Part shown: positions 25,475 through 34,446 of the stretch, in pieces
How positions within the stretch are numbered: the first letter of the stretch is position 1
Layout: every line of letters begins with the position of its first letter
DNA from: Bdellovibrionota bacterium
Lineage (GTDB): Bacteria; Bdellovibrionota; UBA1018
Length of the DNA: 48,451 nucleotides
Assembly: GCA_035291325.1 (NCBI GenBank)
Contig: DATDSK010000036.1
Location: forward strand, 1 to 48,451
Reading direction: 5' to 3'
Program-made: the position numbers and the translations under genes
The notes under the pieces: generated by a model
Database searches by the model: none
Told to the model about the DNA's origin: nothing
What the model saw: only the letters and a program-made list of their open reading frames with translations

Positions 25475-26604
25475 TTCCAGAACCCCCTGATTTCGTCCAT
25501 CACCTGCTTCAACTCCGCATCTGTGAGACCGAAATACAGTGGAAGCGTCAGGATCTGCTTGGCAACTTCGCTCGTTACCGTGAGATCATCGGCCCGAAAG
25601 CCCTTGCAGATGGACTGGAGATGGTTCGGAATGTAATGCACTCCCGTGATGATTTGCTTGTTCTTGAGATATTCCATCAATTCATCGCGGCGCCCATCCG
25701 TGATTCGAACAATATAAGTGAAAAGGGCCAAGCCATCGTATTGCGTCTTCAGGATCTCTAGATGTCCGCGAAAAAACACATCCGAAAAAAAGCGATCATA
25801 TTGAGCTGCGATCTCGAGTCTGCGTGCCTTGAATTCCTCAATATGCGCGATCTGTTTGACCCCGATCGCGGCATTGATATTGCTCATGTGGTAACGATAA
25901 CCTTTGTCGGTGACATCATAGAACCAAGAACGCTCATTCCGGTAACGACTCCAGGTATCCTTATCAATCCCGAGTATTCTCTTTTTTCGCATACGCTCGG
26001 CCCAGCCAGCATTCGCGGTACAAACAGCCCCGCCCTCGCCCGTCGTGATGATCTTAATGGGGTCGAAGCTAAAGCAAGCCATATGACCGAAGGCCCCGAT
26101 CTTCTTTTTTTCGCCGGCGATCCGATACTCGCTGCCAAAAGCATGCGCGGCGTCTTCTATGACGACCAAGCCGTTCTTTTCGGCGAATTCGAGGAGTCCA
26201 GCCATGTCACAAGGCTGGCCGCGATAATGCACCGGCACGACAGCGCGGGTTTTTGAAGTTCGTTTCTTTTTTACGTCAGCCAGCGAAATGTTCAACGTAT
26301 CCCGTTCGACATCACAAAAAACTGGAGTTCCCCCCGCTTGCATGATGGCTTGAACAGTCGCGATAAATGTCAACGAAGGAACCAAGACTTCGTCGCCAGT
26401 CTTCAAATCCAGAACATCCAACGCAAGATGAAGAGCTGTAGTTCCGGTATTTGTCGCAATCACTTCCTTGCAGCCAATATATTCGGAGACTCTCGTTTCG
26501 AAGTCTTTGACCCAACTTCCCATTCCAAGCCAACCCGTCGCAAAAACCTTCTCGATTTCGTTCAACTCATCTTTTCCGATGAAAGGCTTCGATACCTGGA
26601 TCAT
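25471..26604 (-). CDS. DegT/DnrJ/EryC1-family PLP-dependent sugar aminotransferase
   Basis: KPFIGKDELNEIEKVFATGWLGMGSWVKDFE...TNTGTTALHLAL...EDAAHAFGS...FSFDPIKIITTGEGG (Lys in the FxxxK context). AGGAGA RBS upstream. Confidence 0.85.
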   Translation of the reverse strand: MIQVSKPFIGKDELNEIEKVFATGWLGMGSWVKDFETRVSEYIGCKEVIATNTGTTALHLALDVLDLKTGDEVLVPSLTFIATVQAIMQAGGTPVFCDVERDTLNISLADVKKKRTSKTRAVVPVHYRGQPCDMAGLLEFAEKNGLVVIEDAAHAFGSEYRIAGEKKKIGAFGHMACFSFDPIKIITTGEGGAVCTANAGWAERMRKKRILGIDKDTWSRYRNERSWFYDVTDKGYRYHMSNINAAIGVKQIAHIEEFKARRLEIAAQYDRFFSDVFFRGHLEILKTQYDGLALFTYIVRITDGRRDELMEYLKNKQIITGVHYIPNHLQSICKGFRADDLTVTSEVAKQILTLPLYFGLTDAELKQVMDEIRGFWN

Positions 26605-26613
26605 CCGCGTCTC

Positions 26614-27882
26614 CTATCCGATTCTGTAATCGCCGAGGCCGAGCTTTTGCCTGAGTTCATAATAAAACCGCGTAATCGGGTCTGGCCTTAACAGCGACTC
26701 CCTTTTTGCAATACCATACGTAAACTGATCTTTGTTAACGAGGTTCAAAAAATCTTCCACGACTTTCGATAGGGAATGATTCGCCTTGAAATATGCCAAA
26801 GCCTTGAACGAGAGGGCATCATAGTCTTCATTAAGCTTCGAAAGGATGCTGTCCAAGGAACGATTCCCGGGCTCATAGGATTCAGAAGAAATCATTCGGC
26901 CCAGGCAATACTGACCTGATTGACCAAGCATCCTGAATATATAACCCTCCTGGACATGCGCGTAACTGACATCCAATAAAACCACGGGAATACCGAGCCT
27001 TGCGCCCTCAAGCGCCGACGTCCCCATCGCAAAAAGCAGGTCGATGTTCTTCAACAAAATATCTTCTAGATCATGGACTGGCAAATCGCCATAAAAACGG
27101 ATTTCAAATTCCGGGCTACGAATCTCTTTCTCAAGACGCTCCAGCTCTGTTCGAAATTGACCGTCTCCGACTAAATGAAACAGAACCCGTTTTTGAGTCA
27201 GGCGAGCCCAGTCGGCGAGCTTGCGAATGGTGTAAGAAAGGATCGGGGCTTTGAAATCGGCGAGTCGCCCGACCCATCCGAGATTCAAGACCTCCGCAGA
27301 GCTGGCGGTCTTCGTTTTCACGGGATCCAAAGCAGGAACCGGCAAAAAGCGTCCGTCAGAAAGATTGACCCCGTTCGCCTGGGACGTGGCGTTCAGGTTT
27401 TCGTCATCCATGAAAACCAAGCCGCCTCGTTCGGAAGCGACAGATGCGAGCCGCGCCAACTTGGCACGCTTTAATGCAAGAAAAGGAAAAAGAATCGATC
27501 GCCTCAGAACTTTTCGAGTCCTCGACCCAGCCGCCACCCAGGCCATCGCCGGAACAAGATTGCATGGGTGCAAATTCCACAAAAAAAGCGGGGTTTCATG
27601 CCGGAATACGAGTTCTTCGGGTAAACGCCAAAGGGGGGCAGATTGCATGACGAACGTGGCGTTTTGGGGAATGTGAAGAGGAACCGACTTCTGTAAATAA
27701 AGTTTTCGGACCGGCGTTGATTTGAGCAACTCCGAAAGATGACCATCTGGAAAATCAATGATGGAAATATCATGACCACGCCGCGCCAAGACAGTTGCCA
27801 GCCTTGCGAACAAGACGGAGACCCCTCCCACTCCGCGGAAGGGGAAAAAAAAGCAGATCCCTTGCTTGGACGTTTCTTTCAT
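26614..27882 (-). CDS. GT-B fold glycosyltransferase (GT4-like)
   Basis: The N-terminus ICFFFPFRGVGGVSVLFARLATVLARRGHDISII and the C-terminus LLFAMGTSALEGARLGIPVVLLD fit the fold. The ATG overlaps the upstream stop (ATGA). Confidence 0.65.
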   Translation of the reverse strand: MKETSKQGICFFFPFRGVGGVSVLFARLATVLARRGHDISIIDFPDGHLSELLKSTPVRKLYLQKSVPLHIPQNATFVMQSAPLWRLPEELVFRHETPLFLWNLHPCNLVPAMAWVAAGSRTRKVLRRSILFPFLALKRAKLARLASVASERGGLVFMDDENLNATSQANGVNLSDGRFLPVPALDPVKTKTASSAEVLNLGWVGRLADFKAPILSYTIRKLADWARLTQKRVLFHLVGDGQFRTELERLEKEIRSPEFEIRFYGDLPVHDLEDILLKNIDLLFAMGTSALEGARLGIPVVLLDVSYAHVQEGYIFRMLGQSGQYCLGRMISSESYEPGNRSLDSILSKLNEDYDALSFKALAYFKANHSLSKVVEDFLNLVNKDQFTYGIAKRESLLRPDPITRFYYELRQKLGLGDYRIG

Positions 27883-28892
27883 AATCCTGGGTAACAGTAC
27901 TCCGGTAATTCCCGCCCGATCCGCTCGATTTCCGATTGCCTCTCGAATTGCTTGAAAATACCAACGAATCTGGAAGACTCCTCGGGCTTGAAATGCGTCT
28001 TTTTGCGAATATGAATCGACGGTTTTTCCCCCAGAAAATGCAAAATCCTTTGAATCGTTGCTTCGTAAGCGAAAATAAGATCCTCGTATCTGAGCCTAAG
28101 AACCCGATCGTCGGCAACGGCTGCCACAGAGGATTTCTTCCGAAGGAGCCGATAGCGCTTTATGAACGACTCGACAGAATGTGCAGCTGTGATTTTACGA
28201 TACCGGGCGGAATGTGTGACACTGGCGACATAGTTATCCCGAGGATCGCGATCAACAATGATCGATTTTGCATGCTTGAAGTAACCCAGACCCTTTGCTG
28301 GATTAAAAGGCTCGATCGCATTATGGAGTACGAAGGCCCTCGTGTCCTCTGACGCTATCGATGAAAATAGCTTTTCCAGGAACGATTGTGTTTTGAAAAG
28401 AAAGTCTTCACCAGAGGCAAGGTAGAGTTTCGATTCAAAAGCCCCCCTTAGCCCGAGCTTCTGCCTCACTTTATTGCTGAAGAGCTCCCACCCGCTGTAG
28501 TCATTCCAAGCAAACGGCCAAAAAGCGTCCCACTCGAGATCAACCAGACCGGCCATATACTTTTGTGCGAGGCAAGAAAACTGCCCTTTAAACTGCCCAT
28601 CATAATCGTATCCAAGCTTAAATCGGGTGGGTTTCCGACCGAGAATTCTGACCAGCCGCTCAAAGCGGCGAAACGCTGCTGGACAACGAATGGGCGACCA
28701 GTCGCCGTTGATCGCATTATCGAGATCCATAATCCCGTCCTGAACGCGAATCAAACAGAACTCGAACTCGAAATGAGGGACCTGATAACCCTCGAATTCA
28801 CGGACAAGTTCGATCACGGCGTGCTTGCCGGAAAACAAAAAGCCCGACAGATCTAGAAATGACAGTTCGCGATTCAAAGACGCGCGCCCCAT
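27879..28892 (-). CDS. Putative PAPS-dependent sulfotransferase
   Basis: It has a possible 5'-PSB-like loop SGFLFSGKHAV and a 3'-PB-like IIVDRDPRDNYVAS. The C-terminal LRLRYEDLIFAYEATIQRILHFLG matches the YEDLv...FLG tail common in bacterial sulfotransferases. Assigned by motif resemblance only. Confidence 0.55.
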   Translation of the reverse strand: MGRASLNRELSFLDLSGFLFSGKHAVIELVREFEGYQVPHFEFEFCLIRVQDGIMDLDNAINGDWSPIRCPAAFRRFERLVRILGRKPTRFKLGYDYDGQFKGQFSCLAQKYMAGLVDLEWDAFWPFAWNDYSGWELFSNKVRQKLGLRGAFESKLYLASGEDFLFKTQSFLEKLFSSIASEDTRAFVLHNAIEPFNPAKGLGYFKHAKSIIVDRDPRDNYVASVTHSARYRKITAAHSVESFIKRYRLLRKKSSVAAVADDRVLRLRYEDLIFAYEATIQRILHFLGEKPSIHIRKKTHFKPEESSRFVGIFKQFERQSEIERIGRELPEYCYPGL

Positions 28893-29108
28893 TCACAGCG
28901 GCAAAGCCGGCAAGAAGTTTTTTCAGAAGCTGAATAGTTATCTCCATCACTCCCCTCAATTCAAGTTAGAAGTACCCGAGTACCAAAATCATAAAGGGAG
29001 CCGCCGGCCAAGTGACGCGATGAGTCGCGGCTGTATGATGAATAGCTCCCGAAAACGAGGTAGATTCGGCTTTTCTAAATAAGAAAACGGGGTATAGATC
29101 CTCTGTAG
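28893..29108. promoter_or_regulatory. 216-bp divergent intergenic region between the sulfotransferase operon (minus) and the aldolase operon (plus)
   Basis: This is the largest non-coding gap between two operon heads in the locus. A/T-rich stretches are present (TTCTAAATAAG), but I could not defend specific hexamers. Confidence 0.4.
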
Positions 29109-29879
29109 ATGATCCACCCCACTTTAAAGCAGAAGTTTAACTCACGCGCCGTGAGCATTGGCTCTTGGGTAACCCTCAATGATGAGTCGATTCCCGAGAT
29201 CATGGCCTCGGCAGGTTTCGAATGGCTTGTAATAGACCTGGAGCATTCAGCGATCGGGATTAGAAATGCCGCGAGACTGATCCGGGTCATCGATCTGCTT
29301 GGCATTTCACCGCTCGTCCGCGTCACGTCCAACGATCCCCATCAAATAAAGCGAGTCATGGACGCGGGAGCCCATGGAATCATAGTCCCGATGATTAATA
29401 GCGCCCAAGACGCCCGAGAAGCGGTTTCGGCTGTCCGGTACCCCCCTCAAGGTGGCCGAGGAGTCGGCCTTGCACGAGCCCAGGGCTTCGGAACTTCTTT
29501 TAAGAAGTACCGCGATTCGATTCATCAGTGCGCCGTTGTCATCGTTCAGATCGAACATGTGGATGCCATCGCCAATCTCGAAGCAATTCTCGACGTCGAT
29601 GGTGTAGATGGAACGATAATCGGCCCCTACGACCTTTCGGGATCAGTGGGAAAACCAGGCGAGTTCGAAGATCCCGAAGTTCGAGCGCTCCTGTCCCGTT
29701 ACGAAGACGTCTGCAAACGCAAAAACAAACCTCTTGGATTTCATGTCGTCGAAACCGATTCCGCCTTAATCAAATCGAAACTCAAGGCCGGATACTCGAT
29801 CCTGGCATTCGGGACAGATTTCCTTTTTCTCGGAAATGCCTGCCGTAACCAAATGAAGGAGCTCAGAACACAAAAATGA
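29109..29879 (+). CDS. HpcH/HpaI-family class II (pyruvate) aldolase
   Basis: SIGSWVTLNDESIPEIMASAGFEWLVIDLEHSAIG...PLVRVTSNDPHQIKRVMDAGAHGIIVPMINSAQDAREAVSAVRYPPQGGRG...VQIEH is the family pattern. Confidence 0.8.
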   Translation: MIHPTLKQKFNSRAVSIGSWVTLNDESIPEIMASAGFEWLVIDLEHSAIGIRNAARLIRVIDLLGISPLVRVTSNDPHQIKRVMDAGAHGIIVPMINSAQDAREAVSAVRYPPQGGRGVGLARAQGFGTSFKKYRDSIHQCAVVIVQIEHVDAIANLEAILDVDGVDGTIIGPYDLSGSVGKPGEFEDPEVRALLSRYEDVCKRKNKPLGFHVVETDSALIKSKLKAGYSILAFGTDFLFLGNACRNQMKELRTQK

Positions 29880-30667
29880 TTGTCGCCGTGATTCCCGCTC
29901 GAATGTCCTCTTCGCGGTTCCCCGGTAAACCCATGGCTCTGATCCGGGGCATCCCGATGGTCGGCCATGTTCTGCATCGCACCTCTTTCTGTTCGGCATT
30001 CGACGATATTTGGGTCGCGACTTGCGACCCGGTCATTGATGATTATGTTAAATCAATCGGAGGAAAATCAGTTTTAACGGGGAATCATCACGAACGCGCG
30101 TCGGAACGCGTGACCGAGGCCGTTGAAAAGATCGAGGCAAAAACAAACTACAAAATAGACCACGTCGCCATGATCCAAGGCGATGAACCACTCGTTATGC
30201 CTGAAATGCTGGAAGAACTCGTTCAACCCGCCCTCGCCGGCGATTCAGCCGCAGTGATCAACCTTATCCAGAAGATCTCCTCTGACGAGGAGTTCCTGTC
30301 CCCCGACATTGTAAAGCTGGTGAGAAAGCCCTCGGGAGAGGTCATTTATTTTTCGAGAGAACCGATTCCATCAAAAAAGAAGTACAAAGAGCAATATAAG
30401 CGCTGGAAACAGCTCGGGCTTATTCTTTTCAGGCGCGACGCGCTCTTCGATTTCATCAAACTGCAACCGACCCCCCTTGAAATCATCGAGTCCGTCGACA
30501 TGAATCGATTCATTGAACACGGGAGAGTAATCAAGACTGTCGAGACCGTATTCCAGACGTATTCCGTAGACACCCCGAAGGATCTTCAGAATGTTGAAAT
30601 GCATTTCGAAAGGGACCCCTGGTTCACCCGTTATCAGAAAGTAACAGGTCTCAATGAAGGAAAGTGA
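29876..30667 (+). CDS. KdsB/NeuA-family cytidylyltransferase (CMP-ulosonic acid synthetase-like)
   Basis: MIVAVIPARMSSSRFPGKPMALIRGIPMV matches the IPARxxSxRxPGKPL signature. MIQGDEPL is present. The ATG overlaps the aldolase stop (ATGA). Confidence 0.8.
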   Translation: MIVAVIPARMSSSRFPGKPMALIRGIPMVGHVLHRTSFCSAFDDIWVATCDPVIDDYVKSIGGKSVLTGNHHERASERVTEAVEKIEAKTNYKIDHVAMIQGDEPLVMPEMLEELVQPALAGDSAAVINLIQKISSDEEFLSPDIVKLVRKPSGEVIYFSREPIPSKKKYKEQYKRWKQLGLILFRRDALFDFIKLQPTPLEIIESVDMNRFIEHGRVIKTVETVFQTYSVDTPKDLQNVEMHFERDPWFTRYQKVTGLNEGK

Positions 30668-31640
30668 AATCAGAAACGAACAGGCTCACCGGCGATACCT
30701 TGAGCTTGCGCGCGAGGACGCCATGAGAATTTTCCACGACAAGGGGAAATTCCTCGCGCGGCCGTGTCCTGCCTGCGGCTCCGAGAAGAGCCGTAATGAA
30801 TTCGCGAAAGATGATTTCAGATACGTATCCTGCACCGAATGCAAAACTCTCTTTGTCTCGCCACAGCCGCCTTACGAAATGCTTGCTGAGCTGTATGATG
30901 ATTCTGAATCCACACGTTTTTGGGTCGACGAGTTCTTCACCCCCCAAGCGGAAAATCGGCGGGTAAAAATCTTCAGACCGAGGGCCACATACATTGCCAA
31001 GCGTCTGCCGGACCTTTCCAGAGGAAAGGTCGCCGACATTGGAGCCGGATTTGGCCTCTTCGGCGAAGAGCTTCGGGCATTTTGGCCAGAAAGCGAATTC
31101 CACGCGATTGAACCGTCTCGAAAAATGGCGGAGATCTGCGAGAAAAAAAACTTTCGCGTGATCAGGAGCATGCTAGAGGACATTCACCCCTCCGAGCACA
31201 GCTTTGACCTGCTCACGTCTTTCGAGCTGCTCGAGCACCTCCACGACCCGCTCACCTTCCTTACAAAAGCAGCCCGATTACTGAAGGAAAACGGATGGAT
31301 TTTTCTTACCACACTAAATGGAATGGGTTTTGATATCCAGACCCTCTGGAACAAATCCAGGTCCGTCATGCCGCCACACCATCTCAACTTTCTTAACACA
31401 GATTCAGTCACGATCCTTCTCAGACGCGCCGGACTGGAATCGGTCGAAGTCTCCACGCCTGGAAAACTGGATGTTGAGATCGTTCGAAATTCCGCACCGC
31501 ACGAGGACTCAGACGTCGGCAGATTTTTCTCATACGTTATGAAAAATCGTTCTGAATCCTGTCATGCTGAATTTCAGGGTTGGCTTCAAAAGCACTTACT
31601 CAGTTCACACATGTGGGTTCTGGCGAGAAAAAGGAACTGA
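30654..31640 (+). CDS. SAM-dependent methyltransferase with N-terminal Cys4 zinc-ribbon
   Basis: CPACGS...x17...CTECKTLF is followed by motif I VADIGAGFGLFG and FDLLTSFELLEHL. Confidence 0.75.
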   Translation: MKESEIRNEQAHRRYLELAREDAMRIFHDKGKFLARPCPACGSEKSRNEFAKDDFRYVSCTECKTLFVSPQPPYEMLAELYDDSESTRFWVDEFFTPQAENRRVKIFRPRATYIAKRLPDLSRGKVADIGAGFGLFGEELRAFWPESEFHAIEPSRKMAEICEKKNFRVIRSMLEDIHPSEHSFDLLTSFELLEHLHDPLTFLTKAARLLKENGWIFLTTLNGMGFDIQTLWNKSRSVMPPHHLNFLNTDSVTILLRRAGLESVEVSTPGKLDVEIVRNSAPHEDSDVGRFFSYVMKNRSESCHAEFQGWLQKHLLSSHMWVLARKRN

Positions 31641-31642
31641 AG

Positions 31643-32683
31643 ATGAGCAGCAAGCAATATCGAGTCGGCATAGCTGGTTACGGAGTCGTAGGAAAGCGAA
31701 GAAGAGCTTTCATTGACCAAAACCCCAATTTCAAGACAGTCGCGATCAGCGACGTCACATTCAAGGCGGACGAGAGATCTGCCGATGGAGTCGAGATCAG
31801 GCGACATTACGAAAGCCTCTTTGAACAGGAATTGGACGTCCTGTTTGTCTGTCTGCCCAATTTCGTGGCGGCCGATGCAACCATTAACGCGCTTCGAAAA
31901 GGATTACACGTTTTCTGCGAGAAACCCCCGGGGAGAAACCTCAAGGACATTCAGGACGTCATCGAGGTCGAAAAATTGTACCCGGACCTAAAGTTGAAGT
32001 ACGGCTTCAATCATCGCTATCACTACTCGGTGTTGAAAGCGAAAGAGATCATCGATTCAGGCACATTCGGCCCCATTGTTAATCTTCGCGGAGTTTACGG
32101 TAAGAGCGCAATTATTCCCGACCACGGTGGCTGGCGTTCAGAGCGGAAGTATGCGGGCGGAGGCATTCTGCTCGATCAGGGCATCCATATGCTCGACATG
32201 ATTCGCCTGTTCGCCGGCGACTTCGATGAAATCAAAAGCTTCGTATCAAACGCTTACTGGAACCACGACGTCGAAGATAACGCCTATGCATTGCTTCGAA
32301 ACAGCTCGAACGGATGCATTGCCATGCTCCATTCCACGGCCACCCAGTGGCAGCACCGCTTCCGCCTCGAAATCACGTTGCGCGAAGCTCTCCTGGAACT
32401 GACCGGTATCCTCTCAGGCTCCAAAAGCTACGGCGAAGAGAAACTCGCAATCATTCCGCGGAAAGGCGGCTCGATCAACGGCTCCTTTCAGGCAACGCAC
32501 GAATCGTACCTGGAGGATCATTCCTGGCGAGATGAAGTCAACGAATTTGCTAATCTTGTTGTGGAAAACAAGAAAGTCATTAACGGAAACAGCCAAGAAG
32601 CATTAAAGGTGATGGAGCTGGTACAGCAGATCTATCTGGCCGATAACGAATGGCAAAAGAAATTTGACCTGAACAGCAGATAA
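31643..32683 (+). CDS. Gfo/Idh/MocA-family NAD(P)-dependent sugar oxidoreductase
   Basis: YRVGIAGYGVVGKRR, VFCEKPP and GGGILLDQGIHMLD. The start is trimmed to the ATG at 31643, 2 nt after the upstream stop. Confidence 0.8.
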   Translation: MSSKQYRVGIAGYGVVGKRRRAFIDQNPNFKTVAISDVTFKADERSADGVEIRRHYESLFEQELDVLFVCLPNFVAADATINALRKGLHVFCEKPPGRNLKDIQDVIEVEKLYPDLKLKYGFNHRYHYSVLKAKEIIDSGTFGPIVNLRGVYGKSAIIPDHGGWRSERKYAGGGILLDQGIHMLDMIRLFAGDFDEIKSFVSNAYWNHDVEDNAYALLRNSSNGCIAMLHSTATQWQHRFRLEITLREALLELTGILSGSKSYGEEKLAIIPRKGGSINGSFQATHESYLEDHSWRDEVNEFANLVVENKKVINGNSQEALKVMELVQQIYLADNEWQKKFDLNSR

Positions 32684-32691
32684 GGAAATTT

Positions 32692-33315
32692 ATGAACCAA
32701 CTTGAAAAATTCATCTCCCAATCGAAGTCCATCAGCCAGTTCGCCGCTGAATATATCGATTATTTGAATTTCGTCCTGAAAACAGTCGACATGAAATCGC
32801 TCGACGCGTTGGCGGCTGAGCTGCTTCTTGCAAGAGAGCGGGGGAATACTGTTTTCATCATCGGAAACGGCGGTTCCGCGTCAACCGCGACAACGATGGC
32901 CAATGATCTTGGCTTTGACGTCATAAAGAAATCGGGCTGCGACCTCCCGTTCAGGATTTTTTCTTTGACCGACAACAATGCAGCCATGACGGCCATTGGA
33001 AACGACGTCGGATACGAAAACCTTTTCGTTTCACAACTCGCCATTCATTACAGACCCGGCGACATGCTTTTAGCGATTTCGGCCAGCGGGAACTCGGCGA
33101 ACATCCTCGTAGCGGCCGACTGGATGAAGAAGAGAGGTGGCAAGGTCCTCTCTTTCGTAGGATTTTCTGGTGGCATGCTCAAGGAAATCAGCGATGTCTC
33201 CGTCCATGTGAAATGCGAGAAAGGTGAGTTCGGACCGGTCGAAGACGCGCATCTCGCGCTCAACCACATCCTTGCCCATTGGTTTCAAGTAATCCTGAGA
33301 GGTTCCAGGAATTAG
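32692..33315 (+). CDS. SIS-domain sugar-phosphate isomerase, GmhA-like
   Basis: 207 aa. VFIIGNGGSASTATTMANDL and LLAISASGNSANI are present. Confidence 0.8.
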   Translation: MNQLEKFISQSKSISQFAAEYIDYLNFVLKTVDMKSLDALAAELLLARERGNTVFIIGNGGSASTATTMANDLGFDVIKKSGCDLPFRIFSLTDNNAAMTAIGNDVGYENLFVSQLAIHYRPGDMLLAISASGNSANILVAADWMKKRGGKVLSFVGFSGGMLKEISDVSVHVKCEKGEFGPVEDAHLALNHILAHWFQVILRGSRN

Positions 33316-33327
33316 GAGTCCGAGTAA

Positions 33328-34446
33328 ATGATCGTGGGGATCAACGCCCTTTCCGCCAGAGCCGGTGGGGGAAGAGTCTATCTTCAAAACCTCGTACGAT
33401 CGTTAAGTGAAGTCCGGCCCAACTGGACCATCGACGTCGTCCTTCGATCGGCAGACCAGCTTTCGGATTGGCCGAAAGCCAATAATTTGCGTTACTCATC
33501 TTGTCCGGCAAATTCCCCGTTGCTGAGAGTTCTTTTTGAAGGCATCTTTCTTTTCTGCCATGCACACAGGAACGGTTGGGACATCGGCATTTTCCCGAAT
33601 GGCGTGATCCCAATCCTGTTCCGAAAAGCAAAAACCGCCATTATCATCCAAAACCAGCTAATTTGGGATCGGCGCTCTGTACGGGATTTCAAAGGAGGAT
33701 ATCAACGGCTTCGTCACTTCCTATTGAGAAGATCGTGCATCTGCTCGATTCAACGGGCGGATAAGATTATCTACGTTTCGAATTTCATTAAGGCCGAAGC
33801 CGAAAAAGCTGCCAATCCCAAGACAGCCAGACGGTCGGCTGTAATCTACCTCGGTCTTGAGAAACGATTAGAAGAAAAAGCGCCCCCCCAGGCCCCCAAT
33901 GGCCGTTTTGTATTCTATCCCTCCCCTATTTTTCCGTATAAAAGGCAGCTGACCGTTCTAGACAGTTTTACACGGTACATCAAAAATTCGAATGATCCTG
34001 AATTATTTCTCGTTTTCGGAGGAGGAATCGGAGATCGGTCTTATTTTAGAAAGGTCTTGGCCCAAATCACTAAGGATAATCTCCAGGAAAGAGTTCTCTT
34101 CGTGGGCGATCTGAAAAAGGAGGAAATGCAATGGCTTTTGAAGCGGGCTGAGAAAATCGTTTTCGCGTCAGTTTGTGAAAGCATTTCCCTGATCGTCCTT
34201 GAGGCAATCGCAAGCGGACGGCCATTTCTTTGCTCCTCGCGCAGTCCGATGCCAGAAATAGCTGGTCCTGCTGCCAGCTATTTTGACCCGGATTCGCCAG
34301 AAGAACTCTGCCAACTTCTATCGGGCAAGCCTCTGCTTATTAGCGAAAAAACCCGAACAGAAGTATTGAGCAAATTTTCCTGGACGAAGAACGCCATTGA
34401 AACGGCTCATTTGATAGAGCCAGAACTCGAGACGCAAGAATGCTGA
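33328..34446 (+). CDS. Glycosyltransferase, GT4
   Basis: VFGGGIG...VLFVGDL...IVFASVCESISLIVLEAIASGRPFLCSS. AGGAG RBS at 33314-33318. Confidence 0.8.
   Translation: MIVGINALSARAGGGRVYLQNLVRSLSEVRPNWTIDVVLRSADQLSDWPKANNLRYSSCPANSPLLRVLFEGIFLFCHAHRNGWDIGIFPNGVIPILFRKAKTAIIIQNQLIWDRRSVRDFKGGYQRLRHFLLRRSCICSIQRADKIIYVSNFIKAEAEKAANPKTARRSAVIYLGLEKRLEEKAPPQAPNGRFVFYPSPIFPYKRQLTVLDSFTRYIKNSNDPELFLVFGGGIGDRSYFRKVLAQITKDNLQERVLFVGDLKKEEMQWLLKRAEKIVFASVCESISLIVLEAIASGRPFLCSSRSPMPEIAGPAASYFDPDSPEELCQLLSGKPLLISEKTRTEVLSKFSWTKNAIETAHLIEPELETQEC

Noticed and set aside
17353-26604. Reading the DHQS-like gene, radical SAM enzyme and DegT aminotransferases as a 2-deoxystreptamine-type aminocyclitol pathway
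   Set aside because: The radical SAM enzyme is a large B12-binding type, not a BtrN-like SPASM/twitch dehydrogenase. The aminotransferases sit in separate sugar-nucleotide contexts. No aminoglycoside glycosyltransferase, resistance or export genes are present. The idea is kept only as a remote alternative within the DHQS-like finding.
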